The translations under genes were made by a program, and so were the position numbers. Under the pieces are notes generated by a model that was not told the origin of the DNA, ran no database searches, and saw only the letters and a list, made by a program, of their open reading frames with translations. From assembly GCA_045580545.1 (NCBI GenBank), contig JAZNOA010000007.1, positions 65,007 through 129,006 on the forward strand: a DNA stretch of 64,000 bases, in the 5' to 3' direction. The stretch comes from Acutalibacteraceae bacterium (lineage in GTDB: Bacteria; Bacillota; Clostridia; Oscillospirales; Acutalibacteraceae). Shown in pieces: positions 7,833 through 16,581 of this stretch (position 1 is its first letter; the number at the start of each line of letters is the position of its first letter).

Positions 7833-8987
7833 CTAGATTATGAAGTCGTCCACGAACGAGCCGATTATTTTTGATGCCCTTTGTTGCATATCGGTTGTTA
7901 CGTGAGTGTATGTATCGAGCGTGAAGCTCGCGTTTGTATGACCTAATATTTTTGAAAGTGTTTTGGCATCCACTCCGCTTATGAGCGAGTGTGTTGCAAA
8001 GGTATGTCGCAAATCGTGGAAGCGTATCAGCGGAAGTTCCGCGTTTTTAAGTATTACTTTGAGTTTGTTGTAGGCACTTGATGGTGCCATCGGCAGTTCG
8101 GGGTTGTATAAGTTTCGGAATATCCAATCGCCGAACGCAGTTTCTTTTCTTCGTCTTAGTATCGATGCGGTGCTTGGCGGAAGCAGAATTGTTCTCTTAC
8201 CAGTTTCGGTTTTTGTCTCTCCCCAGGCTAGTCCTCCACCGCGTTTTGCCGTTACCGAGCGACTGATTTTCAGTTTGCCTGACTGCTCATCGAAGTCATC
8301 CCACCTTAGTCCGCATATCTCACCGAGCCGAAGTCCTGTTGTGCATTCTGTGTAGAAGAAGTCGTACCATTCGGGATAAGACTTTATCGCTTCAAGGAAT
8401 ATTTTGAATTGTTCTTCATTTAGAATCTGCATCGGCGGATAATTATTTTTAGGTATTGTCGTACCATTTGTAGGATTTTTTACTATCAATCTTTCTTTTA
8501 CCGCCGCATCCATTGCTTCATGAAGCATCATATGTATCGAGCGAACCATACTGTCAGCAAGCTCAGTACCGTGCTTTTCGGTAGCTCTTTTTCTGCCGTA
8601 CTTTTTAAGATAGTTATACATTTTTTGTATTTCGGCTGTCGTTATAAATGCAATTTGTTTGTCACCAAGGTGAGGCTTTATATGATTTTCTATCATATTT
8701 GTGTAGCTATCAAAGGTGCTAGGTCTGATAGAAAATATCATATATTCGTTCATCCATTTGTCGAGCCAGTCGGCAAGAGTCATGTTACTTTCTTCGGTAA
8801 GTTCTACTCCACGGTACTCTTCAATTCGCAAATGCATTTTCTCTAGCGCTTCCTTTTGAGTCTTACCATAGACGTAACGGAAGATTGGAGTGCCGTCATT
8901 TTTATGACCGACAACGATTCTTCCTTCCCAAAGATTTTTACGTTTTTGCCTAATATTGCCGTCACCAGACGGTCTTCTTCCAGCCAT
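7833..8987 (-). CDS. Tyrosine recombinase/integrase
   Basis: RFHDLRHTFATHSL...LGHTNASFTLDTYTH. N-terminal arm-type domain NLWEGRIVVGHKNDGTPIFRYVYGKTQKEALEKM. Confidence 0.9.
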   Translation of the reverse strand: MAGRRPSGDGNIRQKRKNLWEGRIVVGHKNDGTPIFRYVYGKTQKEALEKMHLRIEEYRGVELTEESNMTLADWLDKWMNEYMIFSIRPSTFDSYTNMIENHIKPHLGDKQIAFITTAEIQKMYNYLKKYGRKRATEKHGTELADSMVRSIHMMLHEAMDAAVKERLIVKNPTNGTTIPKNNYPPMQILNEEQFKIFLEAIKSYPEWYDFFYTECTTGLRLGEICGLRWDDFDEQSGKLKISRSVTAKRGGGLAWGETKTETGKRTILLPPSTASILRRRKETAFGDWIFRNLYNPELPMAPSSAYNKLKVILKNAELPLIRFHDLRHTFATHSLISGVDAKTLSKILGHTNASFTLDTYTHVTTDMQQRASKIIGSFVDDFII

Positions 8988-9493
8988 TTTATCATCTCCT
9001 TTTTTTATTTGATTTTTTGGCTTCTGTTAGCCCTCACAATACCACATTTCATGCGGAATATCCAGCAATTTTGAGGCTTAATTTTATATGTCAGAAAATT
9101 AACCACGACCCCTCTCAAAACCCTTTAACCACGCGGGTTTGAGGGGGTTACGTGCAACCCAGAAACGCAAAACGGCCTCAGGGTGCTACCCAGAATTTTG
9201 ACTCTTCGAGGCCTCACAAAGCCTTTAACGGTCGGCATTGCCGTCCGTTGTGAAACGAAAAGGGGCGCCACAGCAACCCCTTTTCTTTCTCCTGCTTTAT
9301 TTTCGGTCGGTACCATATTTTCGTAATATTCAATTGTTATTTTTCCCTCAGTATTTCTTCGAATTTTTTGCAGGTCTTCACAAATCCTCAAATTTGCGTT
9401 TTAGCTTCTTTTTCGAGTATTTTCCTTAAGCTTCTATAAAAATCGCACACAGGCGAAATTACGGGCGAAATAATCGCAAACAGGTTCCATTGA

Positions 9494-9913
9494 CTATACT
9501 GCGTATTTCGATTGCTTTTCAAGTACTTTTTGAATTTTATAGTTTTTATCTAATTCTACTAGCTGTTGCTCGTGGTAATATTTAGATGCTTCGCCGATTG
9601 GACGGATAGTATAAAGCAAATTTCCGTTGCGAGTTTTTCCGTTTTTCAAACGAACCTTTGTAGGCTCTACCGTTATCAATTTCTTCTCGACTAAACTATC
9701 AACATATTTTCTTACTGTATTCACACTCATACCGAGTACCTTGCCTATGGTTTTATAGCTTGGGTAACACTGAAACGTTTTTCTATTTTCGAAATCCATA
9801 AGGCAAGTGTATACTGCAATTTCGCCACTGTTCAAACCTAACCTTATAATTTGTTTCGGCATTGGAATGTAATCTTTTACAGGGTCAGTTTTAGGATAGC
9901 GATAATATTTCAT
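9494..9913 (-). CDS. Winged-helix/HTH DNA-binding protein (element regulator or replication-initiator-like)
   Basis: 139 aa with ...GEIAVYTCLMDFENRKTFQCYPSYKTIGKVLGMSVNTVRKYVDSLVEKKLI.... Overlaps the upstream gene by 4 nt (ATGA). Confidence 0.6.
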   Translation of the reverse strand: MKYYRYPKTDPVKDYIPMPKQIIRLGLNSGEIAVYTCLMDFENRKTFQCYPSYKTIGKVLGMSVNTVRKYVDSLVEKKLITVEPTKVRLKNGKTRNGNLLYTIRPIGEASKYYHEQQLVELDKNYKIQKVLEKQSKYAV

Positions 9914-10119
9914 CGCTTTTCTCCTGACTTCTCATCTACCCAAGCTATAAATTTTTCTCGATTAATAAACATTCTGCTTCCGACTCTAAAGGATGGGAAA
10001 TCTTTTTCATGCATCAACTCATAAGCGGATGCAATACTGATACCTAGAACTTCCGTGAGGTTTTGAGCATTTAACATCAGCGGCAGTTCATCATAGGTTT
10101 TATACTTACAGTTGTTCAT
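9910..10119 (-). CDS. Excisionase-family HTH protein
   Basis: 69 aa with LNAQNLTEVLGISIASAYELMHEKDFPSFRVGSRMFINREKFIAWV (HTH_17-like). Confidence 0.65.
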   Translation of the reverse strand: MNNCKYKTYDELPLMLNAQNLTEVLGISIASAYELMHEKDFPSFRVGSRMFINREKFIAWVDEKSGEKR

Positions 10120-10467
10120 ATTGAATTTTTCCTTTCATTTTATTTGCCATATATTTTAGAACTTTTGGCACGTTCTTTTTTATACTGCCGCCTATCGCGG
10201 CGGCTATTCTGAGTTGGTCATTGTTATCACCCTTTCTATAATAATGTAATTTTTAAAATATTTTTCTTTGCAAAATCTTAGTGCTATGTTCCCACAAAGA
10301 AAAATAAAAGACTCATACATCAAAGCCGGAACGAAAATATAAAATCTTTCGATTCGCAGTTTTCGCATTAAGCGTTTTATGTATGAGTCTTAATTTATTG
10401 TCCTATTCTAAATGTATTTAGTTTATGTCTGAGAGACTTATTCGCAGATTTTATCAATCATAACGAA

Positions 10468-10557
10468 TTAATATTTGTTTTTAAAAAATATTCCTTTTAT
10501 CAGACCGAAAAGAACACCACCGATAAAAACATCGGCTTTTATTGATTTGTTAGACAT
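10468..10557 (-). CDS. 29-aa hydrophobic peptide translationally coupled to the 126-aa ORF
   Basis: TAATG stop/start overlap at 10559-10555. Translation MSNKSIKADVFIGGVLFGLIKGIFFKNKY. Below the ORF-track length cutoff. Confidence 0.35.
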   Translation of the reverse strand: MSNKSIKADVFIGGVLFGLIKGIFFKNKY

Positions 10558-10937
10558 TATTCTTCATCCTCTAAATCATATTTAATTTCGAGTGTTGATG
10601 AGTAACCGCTTGGGGTTTGAAATACAACAACATCTCTTTCGCCCATACATTGCCTCATTGCATTACATACAATAGGCATTAAATTTTTAAGATTTTTTGC
10701 CCTGTGGATATGTCCGGCTTTCAGTACCAAATACTTTTCACCGTTATTTCTTGCGTCTTCTTTTAGTTCTTCTATATATTGGCAAACTTCTTGTGTACTA
10801 ACCTTGGGTCTAATCACTGTCATATATTTAGACGTTGGTTTTTCAGGAATTTGTTTGCCATCCATTAAATAATCAACCTTTTCTTCTAAGTCCTTTATTC
10901 TTGATAACAACTCAACAATGATTTTTTCATAATTCAT
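10557..10937 (-). CDS. Hypothetical protein, N-terminal coiled coil
   Basis: 126-aa ORF in the same orientation as the island genes. No motif recognised. Confidence 0.55.
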   Translation of the reverse strand: MNYEKIIVELLSRIKDLEEKVDYLMDGKQIPEKPTSKYMTVIRPKVSTQEVCQYIEELKEDARNNGEKYLVLKAGHIHRAKNLKNLMPIVCNAMRQCMGERDVVVFQTPSGYSSTLEIKYDLEDEE

Positions 10938-11063
10938 AAGAATTACACCCCATATTCATAAATATTATATATGAATTTTAGCATAATTCTAAAAATTTGT
11001 CAAGGCCATTATTAAAAATTTTTTACACATAAAAAAGCGAAGCTGATTTAATAATCAACTCCG

Positions 11064-11099
11064 CTTATTCTTTGTTTACTGTGTATCAAATTTTGACAT
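11064..11099 (+). repeat. 36-bp direct repeat, copy 1
   Basis: cttattctttgtttactgtgtatcaaattttgacat matches 27280-27315 at 34 of 36 positions. Confidence 0.8.
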
Positions 11100-11180
11100 G
11101 CCAAATACTAATTAATATAACTTTTTATAAAGTAAATACATTTTTATAAAATCCACACTATAATACATAATTTGAAAATA

Positions 11181-12203
11181 TTAACTCCATGCAGGCCATA
11201 ATATTTCATCTAATTGTTCTAAAAATTTTTCTCCTTCTTCATTTTCAATCATATAAATATAGTAGGCTTTTCCATATAAATATTCACGATAATTAATAAA
11301 TTTTGTTGCATGACTGTTGTTGAGATGATTGGCAACACCAAATTTTTTACAAAAATATATTTCTTTTTTTAATTCTCTTTTAAAGCTTTTGGGAACACGA
11401 ATTCGACCATTTTGTACAACTAAACCTGTTATAAATTTAGGCTTTGCAACTGTATAATAAGATGTTTTTTTAGAATTTAAGTGAAATCCAAATTTTAAAA
11501 TTATTTCTTCTATTTTCGGTATTAAATATTCTATATCACTCTTAGAAGAAAATGTTATATCATCGGCGTAACGAGTAAAACTAGACTGATGCTCTTGAGC
11601 CAATTTATACAATTCACTATCCAATTTATCGCAAATGATATTTGCAATATGAGGACTAGTGGGAGCCCCTTGAGGAAGAACTCCGTTCAAACAACAAAGT
11701 TCCGCTAATCTTTCTGCCGCTGATTTTGTATATCCTAAATCAACAAACACCGATTCTACATTTTTTTGTTTTATAGATGGGAAGAAATCTTTGATATCGA
11801 TACATAGAACATAATCATTATTAGCATGCACAAGTGCATTTGTCTTAATGGATCTTTGCGGTTCAAAGCCATGAGCAAACTCAGAACATGATTTTTTATA
11901 CAAAATATTATCTAATATCCATCTTTGCCTTTTTTTGAGTTTTTTTGAGGGAGCAGATATTATCCTGTTTTTTGAATGTATAGAAACATTAAAAGTGTGA
12001 TAAGAATTTGATATTGTTTTACGACTTAAAAAACCATCAGAAATATTTAAAATCGCATTCAAATGATTTTCATCGAATATAACAGGTAAATCCTTTTTTA
12101 ATAAAACATCAGCGTAATGAGAACATTTTTTTATAAATTCCTGCGAATAATTTTCTGTTGTTAGCGCACTTTCTAATCTATTAATATATTCAGCATTATC
12201 CAT
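11181..12203 (-). CDS. Retron-type reverse transcriptase
   Basis: RT motifs IDIKDFFPSI, LPQGAPTSPHIANI and FTRYADDITFSS (YADD box). Start trimmed to MDNAEYINRL (ATG 12203), immediately downstream of the msr/msd inverted repeat. Confidence 0.9.
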   Translation of the reverse strand: MDNAEYINRLESALTTENYSQEFIKKCSHYADVLLKKDLPVIFDENHLNAILNISDGFLSRKTISNSYHTFNVSIHSKNRIISAPSKKLKKRQRWILDNILYKKSCSEFAHGFEPQRSIKTNALVHANNDYVLCIDIKDFFPSIKQKNVESVFVDLGYTKSAAERLAELCCLNGVLPQGAPTSPHIANIICDKLDSELYKLAQEHQSSFTRYADDITFSSKSDIEYLIPKIEEIILKFGFHLNSKKTSYYTVAKPKFITGLVVQNGRIRVPKSFKRELKKEIYFCKKFGVANHLNNSHATKFINYREYLYGKAYYIYMIENEEGEKFLEQLDEILWPAWS

Positions 12204-12228
12204 TGAATCACTTCTTCCAAAAATATAA

Positions 12229-12380
12229 TTCAGGTGTATGTTACGTAAAATAAATAATTGTTTCAAACAATTATTTTAATGTAAAATCGAAATTGAGCCT
12301 GCGAAATGAGATTTTACATTAAAAATGTAAGTGCCGTTTATAATTGGGGCGAATGCACCCCTAGCTAACATACACCTGAA
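12229..12380 (-). ncRNA. Retron msr-msd non-coding RNA (predicted)
   Basis: A perfect 15-bp inverted repeat (a1/a2), ttcaggtgtatgtta at 12229-12243 and taacatacacctgaa at 12366-12380, brackets two hairpins: GGGGTGCATTCGCCCC, and a 14-bp stem TTTAATGTAAAATC/GATTTTACATTAAA. Lies directly upstream of the RT. Confidence 0.7.
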
Positions 12381-12398
12381 ATTATATGTTAAATAACG

Positions 12399-12725
12399 TT
12401 AATCAAAAATATCTTTTGAAGGAATATAAATTCTTTTCCAATCATACATAGACTTATCCGATAATTTTTGATTATCACGATTTTTATATAAAAAAATTTC
12501 ATTTGATAATTTCTTTGATTTTCCGATGATTGTTAAAACGAAATTATTTTCCGAAATTTTTATATAACCCTTATTTATCAAATCATCAATACGTGAAACT
12601 ATAATAGATTTACTACATTTTAATTTTGAGGAAATTTGATTTAAATTTAAATCATTATTTTCTTCAATCTCATTTAAAATTATGCTATCATAAATCTCAA
12701 AATGGTCACTTTTAATAAGAATCAT
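12399..12725 (-). CDS. Winged-helix DNA-binding protein (retron accessory)
   Basis: 108 aa with LNQISSKLKCSKSIIVSRIDDLINKGYIKI (MarR/wHTH-like). Overlaps the upstream PRTase-like gene by 14 nt. Confidence 0.6.
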   Translation of the reverse strand: MILIKSDHFEIYDSIILNEIEENNDLNLNQISSKLKCSKSIIVSRIDDLINKGYIKISENNFVLTIIGKSKKLSNEIFLYKNRDNQKLSDKSMYDWKRIYIPSKDIFD

Positions 12726-13686
12726 CTCTTTTCAGTTCGGCAACAATATACGCATTGTTATCAGTAGCTTTTTTGGTAGCTTTTAAATGCTCTAAAGAAA
12801 GCCTTGGTTGATTTCCATCTCTTTTAAATGGCGGGAAGTTTTCTTTTGTTTCGCACCAGAAACTACTTAAAGTATTGTTAGGAGTATTATAATAAAATGC
12901 AACTCCCAATCTTGCTTCTTGAAATCCCATAAAGTATTTTACAGGTTTATCCTCAAAATATTTTTCAATCATTTTTTCATAATTTTCAAAAATAGTATAC
13001 TCTAAAGAATTTTTTTCAAACATATGATCAACAAACCAATTCTTTTTTATTAGCATTTTTATTTTAGTGTTACTATTTTTACAATTTCTTATAATTAATC
13101 TAACGCCACGTTTAGTAGGAGTTAAACAAGAACAATAATACTGTATGTTTTTATATCCCAGACTATTAAACTTACTTGTAACATTTTGTATTGTATGAGA
13201 TAACGTAATGCCACTACCAATCATATCATCTAGAAAAACAACGGCCTTAATTTTATTAAAAACCTTCAAATCAAACTTATCAAAAGAGGAAACTATATTT
13301 TCTTTAGTGATATTATTCTTTCTGTTTCTTTTATATAAATCTCCTATAATATCCTCTGCACCACTTTTGGTGCCTCGTGGTGACTCAACCACTACAAATA
13401 ACACTTCAGATATTTCTATGTTTAAAATTGAAATTTCCGTCTTTAATAGTTCAACAACTTCAACCCAATGATTCATACAATGTGCTTGTGTGAAATATGT
13501 AAACTTACTGAATACATCCAAAAATATTTCTCTATCTTCTGGTTGGATATTATTTAACCATTTTTCTAAATTGCTTTCCAAGCCAACAATATTATCATCA
13601 AAATCTGACGATTCTATATTAAAAGCACTGTTAAGATTTATTCTGTTGTTTTCATAGAATTTGCTTAACGCACTATTTTTATCCAA
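12712..13686 (-). CDS. Phosphoribosyltransferase-like protein (retron effector candidate)
   Basis: PRPP-binding-loop-like motif AVVFLDDMIGSGITLSHTI. Same operon as the wHTH, msr/msd and RT. Confidence 0.65.
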   Translation of the reverse strand: MDKNSALSKFYENNRINLNSAFNIESSDFDDNIVGLESNLEKWLNNIQPEDREIFLDVFSKFTYFTQAHCMNHWVEVVELLKTEISILNIEISEVLFVVVESPRGTKSGAEDIIGDLYKRNRKNNITKENIVSSFDKFDLKVFNKIKAVVFLDDMIGSGITLSHTIQNVTSKFNSLGYKNIQYYCSCLTPTKRGVRLIIRNCKNSNTKIKMLIKKNWFVDHMFEKNSLEYTIFENYEKMIEKYFEDKPVKYFMGFQEARLGVAFYYNTPNNTLSSFWCETKENFPPFKRDGNQPRLSLEHLKATKKATDNNAYIVAELKRDDSY

Positions 13687-13802
13687 TATATAAACACCTG
13701 CATTTTTTTTTATTATATCATAAATAGTAAAAAATTACAAATATAAATATGATGTTGTTGAAATTTGTAAATAAATGCAAATAATCCAACTATAAGTAGG
13801 CA

Positions 13803-14588
13803 TTATCCGCCATAGTTTTCAGCACTCATACATACGCAACCATACCAGTATTTATCCGTCTCGTTATAGGTGATTCCAACTGCTATATATCCATACTTTG
13901 AGTCGCCAACATAGTCCCAATGCTTTGCACTATTTTTAAATCCCTCAGCTATGTTTTTCGCTATCATATCGGCTGTACCAAACCATTCACCCTTGCATAT
14001 TGCCTCACGGTCATAGCCCTCGTAGTAATTATATTTGGCATTCATACCGTATTTGGTCATGTCAAAATATCTTCCGTATTTCAATTCTGCACACACTTCA
14101 CGGATATCAATATGTGCAAAATTATCTATTAACTGATTCGCTCTGTACCGTGCAACCTCTGTTAATCCTGGCAAAATAGTTGCGGTTTTATCGCCTTGTG
14201 CCACACGGAATTCGTTTATATATTTAACAAACAACTGTTCAACTTCTGCAGAATCGGCAATCACTTGCTCGACAACTTCTTCTATTGGTGTAGAATTCGT
14301 TTCCGTGGACGGCTCACTTGTCTCATTAATCTTTGCTGTCTCTTGAGGTTCATGGTTAGTTACAATGTCAGAACTCATATCCATAGGTTTACTCTCTACA
14401 TGGGTACTTTCTTCTTTTTTGGCTGTAATATATGCATCAATCGCAGATGAGACCTCTGTGTCACTTTCAGTTGTTTTTGTTTCCAATACCGTTATATCTG
14501 GTTTCTCCGTAGGCGTAGGCTCGGCTTTATTACAAGCCGAGCACATTATTAGCCCACAGCAGAGAAGAAGTAATATTGCCTTTTTCAT
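13803..14588 (-). CDS. Lipoprotein, possibly with a CAP/SCP-like C-terminal domain
   Basis: Signal peptide with lipobox MKKAILLLLCCGLIMCSAC, an acidic Thr/Glu-rich linker, then a globular C-terminus. Confidence 0.6.
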   Translation of the reverse strand: MKKAILLLLCCGLIMCSACNKAEPTPTEKPDITVLETKTTESDTEVSSAIDAYITAKKEESTHVESKPMDMSSDIVTNHEPQETAKINETSEPSTETNSTPIEEVVEQVIADSAEVEQLFVKYINEFRVAQGDKTATILPGLTEVARYRANQLIDNFAHIDIREVCAELKYGRYFDMTKYGMNAKYNYYEGYDREAICKGEWFGTADMIAKNIAEGFKNSAKHWDYVGDSKYGYIAVGITYNETDKYWYGCVCMSAENYGG

Positions 14589-14875
14589 ATTCCTTCTACC
14601 TCTTCCAATCCCTCCATCACCTCAACCATTATGCGAGTTGCAAGGATAAACCCTGCACTAAATGCCTCACGCTCGGTGATGCAGGTCAGTTCTCCCTGAC
14701 AATCTTTGAACTTATCAAAGGTTTCCTTTTGTTTCTCTGTTAGAGTCGAATTAAGATCTTCTTCGTTTTTGCATATCAGTTTAACGAGCTTATCCATTCT
14801 CGTTCCTCGCTTAATGTACCTTTCATGCGGACTGATGTTGCCATAGTATAAATCCTCAAGTGTTTTCATTTTCAT
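14585..14875 (-). CDS. Hypothetical small protein
   Basis: 96-aa ORF overlapping both neighbours, consistent with an operon. No motif recognised. Confidence 0.5.
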   Translation of the reverse strand: MKMKTLEDLYYGNISPHERYIKRGTRMDKLVKLICKNEEDLNSTLTEKQKETFDKFKDCQGELTCITEREAFSAGFILATRIMVEVMEGLEEVEGI

Positions 14876-15107
14876 CCCACCTTACATAAGAAGAGGACGA
14901 CTCGCAATCGGTCATTCCCGATATTGAGTCGCCCTCAATTTTCATTTTGTCTGCTGCAATCAGTGCGTGCTTTACTAGTAGCATATCCATCCAAGTCTGC
15001 TCGTCATACTCTGCTGGTCGACCATTCTTAAGATACTCTGCTACTGCCAAACTCATCACTTCATACTTTGCACCGTTGTAAACTTCTTCAATAGTTATTT
15101 GTGCCAT
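14856..15107 (-). CDS. Hypothetical small protein
   Basis: Start trimmed to MAQITIEEV (ATG 15107), preceded by GGAGGTG. Confidence 0.5.
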   Translation of the reverse strand: MAQITIEEVYNGAKYEVMSLAVAEYLKNGRPAEYDEQTWMDMLLVKHALIAADKMKIEGDSISGMTDCESSSSYVRWDENENT

Positions 15108-15294
15108 ATCAGCACCTCCTTTGCAGTACAAACATATACCACAAAGTTTTTCAAAAGTCCAGGAGATTTATTTATTTTTTCCTCTACTCTGATAATCAGT
15201 GTTGGTATCTCCACTCTAATTTTCATCAATGTTGGCATCAATGAAAAATCTACCAACCGTATTAATGGCATCTAACGTCAATTTTGTTATATCA

Positions 15295-16563
15295 TTACCC
15301 TTTTATTAAGTTGTTTTTAATTGTATTTATCATTGGTTTTCTAACGGTTGAAGTCATTTCCTCTATTTTTTTGCGAAAATCCAAATCCCAGTTACCTCTT
15401 TTTTCATAATCTGCCCATATTGGAAAGACGGAATTACAATATCTTACTCTCATCCCATAATCGAACGGTTCAAAAATTTCTTGTTTTTGAAATATTGGAT
15501 TTACAATCATAACTTTTAAGTTATCATTCAAATGCATTGCATGAGAAATCCTATGATTTATATGTTTATCTCCGAAACTATATCCAATAATATATAATTC
15601 ATCAATTTTTTCTAATCCGGAAGAAAACAACTCTATCTTTTCTTCGTTTCGATGGTTGGAAAACGTTGTGTGATATTTTTTACTTCCAGTCAAAATAGAT
15701 GGTTGCATAAATTGCATCGTTCTTTCAAAATCACTAAAACATATTTCGCCTTCAATGTTAGGTTTTTGACCATCGATGTAGTAATGAGGATTGTGAACAA
15801 ATTGCTCTAATCTTATTAGATATTCGAGAGAATTCTTACAATCGTTCTTTGGGAATAGTAACCGATATTTACCACTTTTTTCATCGCCCTGAAAATACTC
15901 ATTTAATCCACCATGTATTTTCAAAAGATTTATACCTTTAGTATTTGTCGCATAATTTAAGTTATCAACATTCTTTTCTGTAGCATCAATACGACCAAAT
16001 TCAAAAATGTCTTTCAAATTCTTATTAGATTGAGGAATTGGGAATGTATTAGAATACCCTTCGCATAACGGAATATTATAATCAATACACAACATCTCAA
16101 TAAGAATATCATGATTTAATGTAAAAATCCATAATTCATCTTTAGAAAACTCGTCGATTAACCATTTGTATTTATCTTTATTTAATAAATAATACAGATA
16201 TGTTTCCCTTTGATATATAAGAAACAACTCATTAATTATATTCCTTAGCTTTGCCAAGAAATATTGTCTTGTTTCTTGTGCTTCTCGACTCGATAAAGAC
16301 AGGTCCTCAATGATTTTAAACAGTTCTTCATAATTCTTATTGTCTGAGTTGAGAAATTCATTATAAATCTCAATAAACATATTTAAAGTTGTATTACAGA
16401 GCGTCCTGTCGATACTATAAGGTCTAAGTCCCTTCATTTTATTTATAATATAGGTCATCTTTGTAGCGTTAAAGAAACTAAACAATGTATCTGAGAATTC
16501 AGAAGCTAAGGGCATTCCTAAATCATAAGAAAATCCTGCACCTAATAATAATCCTTTTGCCAT
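15295..16563 (-). CDS. SIR2-family (SIR2_2-like) protein, putative NADase
   Basis: N-terminal LLLGAGFSYDLGMP, FTLNHDILIE, LLKIHGGLNEY and YIIGYSFGDKHIN match the defence-type sirtuin pattern. Confidence 0.8.
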   Translation of the reverse strand: MAKGLLLGAGFSYDLGMPLASEFSDTLFSFFNATKMTYIINKMKGLRPYSIDRTLCNTTLNMFIEIYNEFLNSDNKNYEELFKIIEDLSLSSREAQETRQYFLAKLRNIINELFLIYQRETYLYYLLNKDKYKWLIDEFSKDELWIFTLNHDILIEMLCIDYNIPLCEGYSNTFPIPQSNKNLKDIFEFGRIDATEKNVDNLNYATNTKGINLLKIHGGLNEYFQGDEKSGKYRLLFPKNDCKNSLEYLIRLEQFVHNPHYYIDGQKPNIEGEICFSDFERTMQFMQPSILTGSKKYHTTFSNHRNEEKIELFSSGLEKIDELYIIGYSFGDKHINHRISHAMHLNDNLKVMIVNPIFQKQEIFEPFDYGMRVRYCNSVFPIWADYEKRGNWDLDFRKKIEEMTSTVRKPMINTIKNNLIKG

Positions 16564-16581
16564 GACACCACCAGCATAACG

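Noticed and set aside
6612-8846. Several plus-strand ORFs (up to 197 aa) inside the two integrase genes
   Set aside because: They are antisense shadows of strongly supported integrase CDSs with implausible composition.
9125-9391. 88-aa minus-strand ORF upstream of the integrases
   Set aside because: It has no RBS, Arg/Pro/Gly-rich composition caused by the GC-rich hairpin region, and no recognisable motif. It is treated as non-coding structured DNA (see finding).
10308-10392. 13-bp inverted repeat aagactcatacat ... atgtatgagtctt enclosing ~60 bp, considered as a small RNA or terminator
   Set aside because: It is real as a sequence feature, but I could not tie it to a gene end, T tract or promoter, and it has no second copy in the window. 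This is too little to call.
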